Virus record (IMG/VR): IMGVR_UViG_3300017987_001512
Span: 1-41,982 of that record
From: a virus
Taxonomy: Duplodnaviria > Caudoviricetes
Length of the DNA: 41,982 nt
Strand: one strand, 5' to 3'
Numbering within the stretch: position 1 is the first letter of the stretch; every line of letters begins with the position of its first letter. The notes beneath the pieces are model-generated. The model made no database searches, was not told the DNA's origin, and saw nothing but the letters and a program-made list of their open reading frames with translations. The translations under genes and the position numbers were made by a program. This document shows, one piece after another, positions 18,986 to 28,694 of the stretch.

Positions 18986-20533
18986 ATGAAGAAACTTATA
19001 ATCATCTTAGTTCTCTTGAGTTTTAGCATAGCACCATTTGCTAGCGCTACTCTCTACGAGTTCTACAGGGAACAAGGTCAAGCACTTCCTTCAGTTGCAG
19101 AAAGAGCACCGACCTATGAGCTTCTCTTCCCTGGTGAAAAATACTATGGAGAAGCAGAACAAAATAATAAGTACGAGTATTATCTAAGAAACCCAGAAAG
19201 AACATTCGGAGCAGCAGTTAAACCATTTCGTCCTTCAGGATATTCTACTACGCTAGCTTCAAACCTAGCAGAGGGAGGAAGTGAAACAACTCTTACAGTT
19301 AATTCAATCACTCTCCCAGACGATACTACACTTGCTTCTACCTCTTTCGGTGATCTTCTAATCTTAACAATAGGAGAAGGAGATACTGAAGAAAAAATTT
19401 CTGTAACAGATCTTAATACAAGTACAATGACATTTACAATTGGAACGAGAGGATTAGCTTACGGATCTTATACAGAGACAGAAGCAAACAAACATAGACA
19501 TCTCCCAGGAGAAAGAGTTTATGTATCAGACGATGATCATTTCTTAAATCAACAATTCGTTGATCTAGCATCTGATCAAACTTTGACAGGAGTTATTACT
19601 TTCAGTCAATCACCAGTTATTCCTACACCAGGAGGATCTGATTTAACTTACGGTGCTAATGTAGAATATGTAAATAACGTTGCAACATCTGGTGCAGCAG
19701 ATCTTAGTACTACTATTAAAGGTCTAGGAGAAGGAGCTACTAAAGCAGAAGCTTCAGCAGGTACAGCAACAGGTGGAACTGGAGCTCCATTAGTATTACT
19801 CTCAGAACATGCAACATCTACATTTGATATTGCTACTACATCGATCATGGTTACAGAAGACGATGGGTATCTTAATCAGCAAGCATTAGATCTTACAGAA
19901 GATTTTTCTTTCTCAGGAGAACTAACAAGCGATGGAAATACAACTCTTGCTTCTACAACAATTACAGGTACTACTACAGCTAATCATTATATCTCTTTAG
20001 AAGATGATCCAGTTCAAGACAGTCATGCAACACGAAAAGATTACGTAGATCAACGAGGACACTATACTGAATTCGGAAACGGTTTTACTGATACTTCTCC
20101 TGGAGGGTCTTCTGAAACTGCAACGACTTCAATTACTACATCAGGCGATAGACCAGCTCAATTCGTAGAATTTACATTGATGACAATGAGTATTATGCAA
20201 ACAGGTTCTAATGGTACTCGGTACAGAACATATAAAGTTCTCTTTGACCTTGCTAATCAAAAGTATAGGTCTCAACTTGTTGCTTCTACAGATTCTGGGA
20301 ATTTTACATCATGTGCTTTACAAGGAAATGGAGATGGAGATGGTAGTGTTCTATGGACTGGTAATGCGTCTTCGATGAGTCCAGGTGCATTTAGTACAGG
20401 TGGAGTTAGTCCGTCTTTTGTTAATTATATTGTTTCAGATGAAGATAGTATTGATGTTAACTATACTCTTAATGAAAACGATAATGGTGACGAAGGATGT
20501 ATTTATATGTATGGTATTATTATTTATAATTAA
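18986..20533 (+). CDS. Signal-peptide-bearing tail fibre/spike-like protein
   Basis: ATG 18986: MKKLIIILVLLSFSIAPFASA (Sec signal, AxA), DUF3597-like LPSVAERA...YYGEAEQN, TFGA, then fibre motifs (TTLASNL, RGL...HLPGERV, ANVEYV, ATRKDYVD). Confidence 0.75.
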   Translation: MKKLIIILVLLSFSIAPFASATLYEFYREQGQALPSVAERAPTYELLFPGEKYYGEAEQNNKYEYYLRNPERTFGAAVKPFRPSGYSTTLASNLAEGGSETTLTVNSITLPDDTTLASTSFGDLLILTIGEGDTEEKISVTDLNTSTMTFTIGTRGLAYGSYTETEANKHRHLPGERVYVSDDDHFLNQQFVDLASDQTLTGVITFSQSPVIPTPGGSDLTYGANVEYVNNVATSGAADLSTTIKGLGEGATKAEASAGTATGGTGAPLVLLSEHATSTFDIATTSIMVTEDDGYLNQQALDLTEDFSFSGELTSDGNTTLASTTITGTTTANHYISLEDDPVQDSHATRKDYVDQRGHYTEFGNGFTDTSPGGSSETATTSITTSGDRPAQFVEFTLMTMSIMQTGSNGTRYRTYKVLFDLANQKYRSQLVASTDSGNFTSCALQGNGDGDGSVLWTGNASSMSPGAFSTGGVSPSFVNYIVSDEDSIDVNYTLNENDNGDEGCIYMYGIIIYN

Positions 20534-20547
20534 TTTGAAATACATAT

Positions 20548-21945
20548 ATGGCAAAAACAGATCTAGAGTTACTCTCGTCTGGGATGGCTATCGCACAAGA
20601 TAAGGCATCTAAGAGCGACTCACGATTCTGGGCTAGTAATCCAGAGTCTAAACAAAATTTTATTAATCTTGCTAAAGGTACATTATCTCTTAACAAGAAA
20701 AAAGATTCAGGTCTTAAAAACCTACCTGATCTTAAGTTCGATCAAGATGCTGGAGCAAGTGATGAAGCACCAGGATTAGTTTCATCTGATGCATTTACTA
20801 CTCGAGAGGATTTCAAGAAGAGAGAATCAGAAGCACGAGAAACAATCGAAGAAAGAATCAAACGTGAAGGAGATGAGAAACGTGCTATTATCTCTAGGCA
20901 GTTTGCACCAAGAATCGAAGAAGCAGAAGACTTTAGAGAAGATATTACAAAATCAGTTGAGGGTCAGTTTGCTACAAAGAGAAGATTATCAACTGCTGCT
21001 CTTTCTTACGTACAGTTTAATCGAGACGAAGCACAAAAGAAAGTCGATGCAATTGAAGAACAAAAGAATATTGCTCTTGCAAACCTAGATGTTACTCTTG
21101 CTGATAAATTAGATAAAGAAATTAAGGCTTGGCAAGATGAAGAAAAGTATTGGATTAATCTCGAACAAGATACAAAGAAGCAACAGTTCAATCAATTTAT
21201 TTCTCTCGAAAATCTTGGTCTATCTAAGAAACAAGAAGCAAGAGCACAAGAAGCTCATATCTTTGATACAATCATTGATGAGTATAATGTTATTAAAGAT
21301 ATTCCACTCGGAGAGAAAGTTACAATTGGAGATTATACATTTGAAGGAATCGACGATTCAACAGACCCATTCTTTAAGTCTTCAGATCTTATTTCAATTA
21401 TGAAAGATCTACCTGAAGGTACTTCAAAAGAAATTACAGATCCTAATACTGGACAGACTTACTTGTTACAAGGTTTGAACACAGAAGTCTATACAGTTAC
21501 AGACGATAGAGGTAATGTTACTGGAATTGATAAATCTGGTAATGCTAAATGGAAAGTTCAAGGAGCTGGTAAGACAAAGACTCGAGCTGCTAATACTACA
21601 ATCGTAATGCAAGGTCAACAGTCTTCTGCATTGCAAGATGCAAGAAAGATCCTTGAGAATTCTAAAACTGATACAGGAGATTATTCTCCAGAAGTCTATC
21701 AGCAAGAGAGATTAAGATTCGTAGAGATTACTGGTAAGCCAGAACTCTTCGATGAACAATTCAAACAAGGATTAGACAAATCAAATCCAGAGAATCATAT
21801 TTATTTCGATGCTTCAGAAATTACTGAAGACGATACAATCGTTTATACTCAAGAACAGAAAGATGCATTACTAGATTTAGGAATGGAAGAATCTGAGATT
21901 GAAAATATGGAAGCTCTTGGTATTGATCCAAAAGATTTCTTTTAG
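20548..21945 (+). CDS. Putative DNA ejection (internal virion) protein
   Basis: 465 aa with a helical Q/E/K-rich core, positioned after the tail genes and before the giant protein. Confidence 0.6.
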   Translation: MAKTDLELLSSGMAIAQDKASKSDSRFWASNPESKQNFINLAKGTLSLNKKKDSGLKNLPDLKFDQDAGASDEAPGLVSSDAFTTREDFKKRESEARETIEERIKREGDEKRAIISRQFAPRIEEAEDFREDITKSVEGQFATKRRLSTAALSYVQFNRDEAQKKVDAIEEQKNIALANLDVTLADKLDKEIKAWQDEEKYWINLEQDTKKQQFNQFISLENLGLSKKQEARAQEAHIFDTIIDEYNVIKDIPLGEKVTIGDYTFEGIDDSTDPFFKSSDLISIMKDLPEGTSKEITDPNTGQTYLLQGLNTEVYTVTDDRGNVTGIDKSGNAKWKVQGAGKTKTRAANTTIVMQGQQSSALQDARKILENSKTDTGDYSPEVYQQERLRFVEITGKPELFDEQFKQGLDKSNPENHIYFDASEITEDDTIVYTQEQKDALLDLGMEESEIENMEALGIDPKDFF

Positions 21946-21965
21946 AAAACTAAGCTTATAATAAT

Positions 21966-24900
21966 ATGCCAATCAAATCGAAAGAAGAATTGAAGAGAGA
22001 GCTTGAGCATAAGCTTAGAACAAGAGTTCAAGAGAAAAGAAAAGCAGAACAACCAAAGCAAGAGAAGTCTGCTAAAGGATTTCTAAGTAATTTGAAATCT
22101 GATCTTACTCAATTTAGTAAAGGAATCTTAAGTCTAGGCCGTCAAGCTATCACTCATCCAATTCAAAGTACAAAGACAGTAGCTGGTCTTGGATTAGAGG
22201 TTGCAAAGGGTATGCCTAAAGCAAGTGTAGATTTTGCAAAGAGTGCAGGAGATCTAATTGCTAATCCAGTTGAAAGAACAAAGGAGGTCATTGAAGGCTA
22301 TCAGAAACTTAGGGCTATCCCATACAACGAACAGAAGAAGTTAATTGAAGAAACTCTTGCAGCTGTCTCTTCTTCTGACAAGTTAAATAAAAATCAAAAG
22401 ATTCTTGCACAACTTGGTACAGCAATCGCTGGAGACATTGGCCACGAAGTAACTCATCCAGCAGAATTTATGTATGACAAGCCATTTACTTTTGGTCTTG
22501 ACATTCTTTCTGCAGGTGGAGGTAAAGTAGTAGGGAAAGGAGTTAAGGTTACTAAACCAATGTTGAAAGAAACAAAACTAGTTAAAGCAATCGAAGAGGT
22601 TGTAGTACCAAATGCTAAACTAGTACGTGCAGGATATAAGAAGTTCGCAGACGATTTAGCTAGAACTTCAGGTACTATTTATAAAATGCAAGAAGGCGTT
22701 ATAAAAAGTACTGCTAAGAAATTTGAGAAGACATTCGGTTTATCTGGTAAGGAGAGGATCGAATTCTTCGATACTATAGATGCTCTCAGACGAGAGGATC
22801 AATTCCTCAAGCCACTTAACTTTCCTGATGCTCCTCCTATTAAAGGAGATCTTGCAAAGACAAGAAAGGGAATGACAGAACTTGGTAAGAGAGAATTAAA
22901 AGCTAAGAATCTTAATCCTCAAAAGAAATACTTCAGAGATAAGTTCGGAGAAGTATATGAATACGGTAGAGACTTTGCAAAGACTGCAGTCTCGAAGAAC
23001 CCTAAGATACAGAAAGCTATTGACTGGTGGTTGAAAGAAGAACTACCTAAGGTACAGAAAGCTGCAGGTATTCCTGATGAGTATAAGATTACAAACTATC
23101 TTCATCATCTATTTCCAGAGAGAGTATCTAAAGCTGAGAAAGCTGCTCGACCTATGAGATCTCAGAGAGGCTTCTTAAAGAAGTCAAAAGATGTAGCAGG
23201 ATTTTCTAAAGATCCAGTCGTCTCTATCTCAGCAATTAAGATCAAGACTGCAATGGCTAATATGAAGGACTCATTTATTCGTAGAGCTGAAGCACAATAC
23301 GGTAAATCAATTAAATCATTCGAGCAACAACTCTATGGTAAACTTGGTCCAGAGAAATTCGAGAAGCTTAAGAAGTCAGGAAAATTAGTTGATACAATCA
23401 AGAGAGAGTTTAACATTGAGTCATTCTCTAAATCTGCAGACGAAGTAATTTGGTTTCCTAAAGAGATTGCAGATGAACTTAATAAGGTCTACGGATTTAA
23501 TAAAGTCTCGAACGTAATTGAAAAGTTAATGGCTCCATTAGATTTCTTCAATAGAAACTGGAAGCCATTAGCAACTGCAGTACGTCCAAGATATCATACG
23601 AGAAATATAGTTGGTAACCTATACAACTCAATCGTTGTTGGAGGTATGAATCAAACTCAGATTCCTAAAGCAATGAGACAACAATTAGCTGGCTATCTTA
23701 ATGAAGCTAGAAACTCAGGTGGTAAGGTTGGAGCTCTTGCTAAGAAACTCTTTCCGAATAAGCTCAATGATAAATATCTTCGCTATGCTTTGAAGGATGA
23801 AGTAGTTGGTAGAGGATTCTTTTCAATTGATCTTCATGATATGTCTAAAGCAGTTAACTACTCTGAAGATATTATCAAGACAGTTAATCGAGTTAAAGAA
23901 CCTGCAGAGATTTATAAGATTCCAATACTGAAACAGTACTTGAACTTGTCTAAGAATATTGGATCAGCTATTGAAGACAATGCTAGATTAAGTTTATACA
24001 TTGATCAGTTAAGGAAAGGAGCTTCAAGGAAAGCTGCTAAGGAATATGTTAATAAACATCTCTTTGATTATCTGCAAGGATTGGGAGATGGAGATAAGAT
24101 CATAAAAAGATTTATCCCATTCTGGTCCTGGCAAAGATTCAACACTCCTCTACAACTTGGTTCAGTCTTTACAAAACCAAAGAGGATGGCAGTAATTCAA
24201 CACGGAACATCTGGACATGTTAGATCTCAAGAAGCTCTTGATGAGAATCGAGAATTCTTAACTGAGAAAGAAAAAGAAGCTGGTCTCTTTAAGATCGGAG
24301 AAGTAGAAGTTAATGGAAAGACACTTGATAAATATATGAGAACACAATCTGTTCTACCACAAGCAGACCTTGTCAGGCTAGTAGATTACTTCTCATTGAA
24401 TACTGATGACATTGGTTTGAATCCAGTCTTCTCATTACTCTCCCGATTAAATAAGAATAGAGACTACTGGGGGAATAAGATTGAAGAGTTCGAAGGAGAA
24501 GAAGGTTTATTCTTAGACGGTGCATTCAATAAGAAAACAATTGAATGGCTTAAGATCATTCCAATTCTTAATGAGATTAATAAATTAACTGGAGGATCTA
24601 GTCTTAAAGAACTTGCACCACTTGGAATTAGACTTGAGCAAGTACTCTCTCCACTTGGGATATCAGTTAAAGATCCAGAAGAGATGAAGTACTTTGGTTT
24701 GCTTAAAGAAGAACAAGAGTTAAAGGGTTCTTATGAGTCTGGTCTTGAGTCTCTCTACAGTAAATACTATGCTAAGTCAAAGATAGATCCAGATCAGAAA
24801 GTATATCAAGAGAACATTAAGAAGTTAGAGAAGATCTTACTTGATAAAGGTTTAACTAAAATGAATCTCGTTCCTCTTAAGATTAATGCTATGAAGAGAA

Positions 24901-27233
24901 TGATCAAGGAGAAGATGAGAAATAAAACAGGAGAGAAGATTGATGAACGGGGTGAGAAGTTTAATCTTAAGACAATTCAATTGAAGGTCCAAGATTATTT
25001 TGAACCAACTGATGAACTTAGAATTAGAGATATTACTCGAGAGCTATGGGAATTAATTACTCCACAGATTCCTCAGACACCAGAAGAAGCAAAAGAACTA
25101 GGCTTGAGACCGATGCAAGGTTCTCCTCTTTCTCCAGAAGGTTACGGCTTATATATGGATGGAGCAGGTATGCTAATCCATATTACTAAAGACGGAGGTA
25201 TGGGATTCGATCCTCTCGGTATGGTTGGTTCTATGAAAGCAGCAACAGGTGCAGCAGGTAAAGCTCTTAAGCCTACAGTCTATGCTGGATTCAAAGATCT
25301 ATCAAGTAAAGTCTTACGTCAACTCGAAGGTAAGTTTAGAGTTAGCAAACAATTCATTACTGATTTACTAAAGAAGAAAGATATCAAAGCTGCAGAGAAA
25401 GAAATCATAGAAGAAGTACTCGGAGAATATAGTGGCAAGAGAGTACCAGTAGATGAGTTAGCTAATAAAGTTAAAGCTAAACTTCTACCACTTGAATACA
25501 CTGATGACTTAGATATCTATGAGAATGTAGCTTTACCAGATAAACTTAGAGGGAACGTTAAACAATATACAGAGAAGATCTATGATTCTCCAATTCAAAA
25601 TCGAGCTGGTCAAATTCACTTTGCAGAAGGAGCAGATATAGGAATCGGTAAAAATTACTTTGCACATTCTAGAGTAGAGACAATGGAAGATGGAACAAGA
25701 AGAATCATTGAGTTACAATCAGATCTCTTTCAAAGAGGCAGACTCAAGAATGAGTATTCAAATGTAACTGATACGATTAAAGATATTGCAGATCAAAGAG
25801 GAGTTGGAGCTCACGTCGTTAGAGGAGAAGAACTTGGCAGGCTTGAACCATATAAGAATATCTGGCACGAGAGATTGATTCGGGAAGAGATTAAAGATGC
25901 TGCTCAAGTTGGAACAAAGAAAGTACAATTTCCAACAGGTAAGACAGCAATGAAGATCGAAGGTCTTGAGATCAATAGTAAAGGCTGGTTTACACAATGG
26001 GGCGATGACGTAGGAAGAGACGTTCTAGCAAGAGAAAGAGATTTAGTTAGAGGATTCGAAATAGAGAACGCTGCAACAGAAGAGACATTCATTATTACAA
26101 AGAATCTTGGTAATGGTAAATTTAAAGCAGTAAATGCTATGAGTTTTGAAATGAGGATGGACGATCTCTTTGGTGAAGCTCTTCCAAGAAAAGCTAGTAC
26201 AGAATACTTTGATGACGCAGTCAAAAGAATACAGAAGGAAGACGAATTCTTTAAGATCGAAGACTTTGAAGAATCATTTGATCTATATGGTAAAGTAGAG
26301 TCTCATCCGATCTATGATTTCTATGAAAAGAAAGTACAGAAGTACTTAAAGAAAGTAAAGCCAGAGATGAAAAGAATTACTGATGAACAAGGAGTTGAAT
26401 GGTTCGAGATTCCTATTACAGAGAAAGATCTTACTTCTCCAGTCGATGCATTCTCTAAGTTTGCTATTCCAGGTGCAATGGTAAATGAATATCTAGAAAC
26501 TCCAGACACAGATGAAGAAGGTAAAGAAGTTGAGAAAACTCCAGAGAGTATTGGCTTCCTTAAATATCATGATGCTGCAAAAGAATTCTTTAAGAAACAA
26601 GTTGAACAGACAGAAAGAGCTAGAGGAAATATTAAAGACGAAGAACCAGAAAAGAAAGAAGAACATAAGAATGAAGAAAAAGAAGAACCAAAGAATCCAT
26701 TGAAAACGAAGCAAGCAAAAGCTGAGGAACCAGATCGAAAGAAAGTTTTAGTAAATAGAAGGTTTGAAGGCAAGAGTATCGAAGCAGACGTGAATGATAT
26801 TGATACACTCAAAGAAATTTATAAAGTCAATAAGGACTGGGGAAAGAAAGCAACGATTGGAAATATAGATTTGACTACGCACAAGTACGCAACAAATCCT
26901 GATCATGTTAGAGCTATCTCACAGATCTATGATCAAGTGAAAGATTATAATATAGAACAGATGGAGAATGAATTCAAAAGACTCGGAAGTCAATTGCAAT
27001 ATATTACAGACGATCTTGAACAAATCTTAGATCACTTCGGAGTTACACCTGGAGAATTCATTGCAGTGGTACGTCAGGATTCTCAAGCAGGTACAACAGG
27101 AGCTGGAGCTAGAACTAAGAACCCAGGAAACATTGGAAATACTGATGACGGATCTACTATCCAATTCGGCACTTGGATAGAAGGAGCAACAGCTGCAATA
27201 CGTAATTTAGCCGAGAGAAAAGTTAGGGAATAA
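21966..27233 (+). CDS. Large ejection/polyvalent protein with C-terminal lysozyme-like domain
   Basis: 1755 aa: RYHTRNIVGN and FIPFWSWQRFNTP motifs of podophage ejection proteins, an H.R...IIELQSD domain, and C-terminal FIAVVRQDSQAGT..KNPGNIG..FGTWIEG. Confidence 0.75.
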   Translation: MPIKSKEELKRELEHKLRTRVQEKRKAEQPKQEKSAKGFLSNLKSDLTQFSKGILSLGRQAITHPIQSTKTVAGLGLEVAKGMPKASVDFAKSAGDLIANPVERTKEVIEGYQKLRAIPYNEQKKLIEETLAAVSSSDKLNKNQKILAQLGTAIAGDIGHEVTHPAEFMYDKPFTFGLDILSAGGGKVVGKGVKVTKPMLKETKLVKAIEEVVVPNAKLVRAGYKKFADDLARTSGTIYKMQEGVIKSTAKKFEKTFGLSGKERIEFFDTIDALRREDQFLKPLNFPDAPPIKGDLAKTRKGMTELGKRELKAKNLNPQKKYFRDKFGEVYEYGRDFAKTAVSKNPKIQKAIDWWLKEELPKVQKAAGIPDEYKITNYLHHLFPERVSKAEKAARPMRSQRGFLKKSKDVAGFSKDPVVSISAIKIKTAMANMKDSFIRRAEAQYGKSIKSFEQQLYGKLGPEKFEKLKKSGKLVDTIKREFNIESFSKSADEVIWFPKEIADELNKVYGFNKVSNVIEKLMAPLDFFNRNWKPLATAVRPRYHTRNIVGNLYNSIVVGGMNQTQIPKAMRQQLAGYLNEARNSGGKVGALAKKLFPNKLNDKYLRYALKDEVVGRGFFSIDLHDMSKAVNYSEDIIKTVNRVKEPAEIYKIPILKQYLNLSKNIGSAIEDNARLSLYIDQLRKGASRKAAKEYVNKHLFDYLQGLGDGDKIIKRFIPFWSWQRFNTPLQLGSVFTKPKRMAVIQHGTSGHVRSQEALDENREFLTEKEKEAGLFKIGEVEVNGKTLDKYMRTQSVLPQADLVRLVDYFSLNTDDIGLNPVFSLLSRLNKNRDYWGNKIEEFEGEEGLFLDGAFNKKTIEWLKIIPILNEINKLTGGSSLKELAPLGIRLEQVLSPLGISVKDPEEMKYFGLLKEEQELKGSYESGLESLYSKYYAKSKIDPDQKVYQENIKKLEKILLDKGLTKMNLVPLKINAMKRMIKEKMRNKTGEKIDERGEKFNLKTIQLKVQDYFEPTDELRIRDITRELWELITPQIPQTPEEAKELGLRPMQGSPLSPEGYGLYMDGAGMLIHITKDGGMGFDPLGMVGSMKAATGAAGKALKPTVYAGFKDLSSKVLRQLEGKFRVSKQFITDLLKKKDIKAAEKEIIEEVLGEYSGKRVPVDELANKVKAKLLPLEYTDDLDIYENVALPDKLRGNVKQYTEKIYDSPIQNRAGQIHFAEGADIGIGKNYFAHSRVETMEDGTRRIIELQSDLFQRGRLKNEYSNVTDTIKDIADQRGVGAHVVRGEELGRLEPYKNIWHERLIREEIKDAAQVGTKKVQFPTGKTAMKIEGLEINSKGWFTQWGDDVGRDVLARERDLVRGFEIENAATEETFIITKNLGNGKFKAVNAMSFEMRMDDLFGEALPRKASTEYFDDAVKRIQKEDEFFKIEDFEESFDLYGKVESHPIYDFYEKKVQKYLKKVKPEMKRITDEQGVEWFEIPITEKDLTSPVDAFSKFAIPGAMVNEYLETPDTDEEGKEVEKTPESIGFLKYHDAAKEFFKKQVEQTERARGNIKDEEPEKKEEHKNEEKEEPKNPLKTKQAKAEEPDRKKVLVNRRFEGKSIEADVNDIDTLKEIYKVNKDWGKKATIGNIDLTTHKYATNPDHVRAISQIYDQVKDYNIEQMENEFKRLGSQLQYITDDLEQILDHFGVTPGEFIAVVRQDSQAGTTGAGARTKNPGNIGNTDDGSTIQFGTWIEGATAAIRNLAERKVRE

Positions 27234-27242
27234 CATACAAAA

Positions 27243-27301
27243 AAGCCTACTGTTTTTAGTCTGACATTTAACAAATGTAGATTTATACAGTAGGCTTCTT
27301 T
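27243..27301. terminator. Bidirectional terminator at the convergence of both arms
   Basis: AAGCCTACTGT (27243-27253)/ACAGTAGGCTT (27287-27297), inner ACATTT/AAATGT, flanked by an A-run and a T-rich run. Confidence 0.7.
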
Positions 27302-27341
27302 GCGTTTATCTAGCCTATCAAAACTGAATCCTAGCAAGCTG

Positions 27342-27590
27342 TTATCCTGCTCCTTTTAATGCTACTGGACTCCCATCAATTACTGATGCTGCATAGACTG
27401 TTCTAACTTTTGTCATCGGTACTGCAAATGTAATTTGTTCTTTTTTATTATCGTCTGTGTAATAAAAAATTGCAACACCATCCTTTATTTCAAGACGGTC
27501 AGCAAAAAGCATATCAACTTTATTACTCTTACCAGGTGTTACATATTCGATACCGAAATAAAAGTCTCCGTATGTTTTTGATTTTGACAT
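27342..27590 (-). CDS. Hypothetical protein
   Basis: 82 aa ORF in the - strand operon. Confidence 0.7.
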   Translation of the reverse strand: MSKSKTYGDFYFGIEYVTPGKSNKVDMLFADRLEIKDGVAIFYYTDDNKKEQITFAVPMTKVRTVYAASVIDGSPVALKGAG

Positions 27591-27594
27591 AAGG

Positions 27595-27762
27595 TTATAA
27601 GATCTCTAAGATCTTTGTTAATTTAATAGTAATGATCTGTTCACCATCAAGATTAAATCTCTTCTTAGTTTTAGTGCCTGCTTTAGTAGCTGTTGATGCT
27701 TCGACTAAATACTTCTCACTTTTACCTTCTTCATTTTTGATTGTTACTTCGAAATAATTCAT
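27595..27762 (-). CDS. Hypothetical protein (55 aa, absent from ORF track)
   Basis: MNYFEVTIKNEEGKSEKYLVEASTATKAG...ILEIL* fills the gap between neighbouring genes. Confidence 0.65.
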   Translation of the reverse strand: MNYFEVTIKNEEGKSEKYLVEASTATKAGTKTKKRFNLDGEQIITIKLTKILEIL

Positions 27763-27767
27763 ATTTA

Positions 27768-28694
27768 TTATTTTCGTTTTTTAATATGATAGCCAGCTGC
27801 TCCAGCATGACCACCACCGCCTCTTCGTTTTGCAATTTCAGAGACATCAATTCGATCAGAGTATAAAGAAACTTTATCTCCAACTCTAATACTAATGTAA
27901 TCAGTTGCATTATATAATTCAGGCAACTCTGTTTTTAGGATTTCAATCATCCTACCAAAAGATTTTCTTTTCTCTGTTTTCATTGCTAAGAAATAACCAG
28001 TCTCATCTGTTGACTTGTTTGCATTCTTAAGCATTTCTAACATCTCCTGTTCATCTTTATTCTTCGATGCATTTGCAAGTTTCTTTTCTTGCGGAGTCAT
28101 GAGTCTCATTAGATAGAACTCATTAATAAAATCATCAAAGCCATACTGATGAAAGAGATAATTCAATCTGACTCCGTCATTTCTGAAAGTAGAATCTAAC
28201 TTCCATGAATCCCAAGCATCGATACACATAAGCAAATTCATTATCATTTGTTCTTGGAAGAAGTCTCTCCAAAGAATTAGTGTTGCTGAATCTTCTGTGT
28301 TATAATATGCTTTACCTGGGTAGTCAGCTAGATACTCTCTAGACTTATGATGATCAATGAAAAATACATAATTAATACCTAATAGCTTTCTGCCAATTTC
28401 TTCTGACGGAGTAATATCTGCAAAGAGTATTAAGTCGTAATCAGTACTTTCATCATAGATCTTCTGTGCGATCTCATCGATCTTATCATAGTCTGCTTGA
28501 ATTAATTCGATCTTCCCACCAATATTAACCCAGTTATGTATACAATGTTTTGCAACGATTGCACAACCTGCTCCGTCTAGATCTGTGTGCGTTACGATTA
28601 AAACATTATCTAGAACTTTATCTTCAAGTAAACTTCTAACTGGAGAAAGTAATATTGGCTGATCGACTTTTGCTAATACTGCATTCATATACAT
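27768..28694 (-). CDS. DHH/DHHA1 family phosphoesterase
   Basis: THTDLDG, FADI, IDHH and GGGGHAGAAG motifs. Confidence 0.9.
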   Translation of the reverse strand: MYMNAVLAKVDQPILLSPVRSLLEDKVLDNVLIVTHTDLDGAGCAIVAKHCIHNWVNIGGKIELIQADYDKIDEIAQKIYDESTDYDLILFADITPSEEIGRKLLGINYVFFIDHHKSREYLADYPGKAYYNTEDSATLILWRDFFQEQMIMNLLMCIDAWDSWKLDSTFRNDGVRLNYLFHQYGFDDFINEFYLMRLMTPQEKKLANASKNKDEQEMLEMLKNANKSTDETGYFLAMKTEKRKSFGRMIEILKTELPELYNATDYISIRVGDKVSLYSDRIDVSEIAKRRGGGGHAGAAGYHIKKRK

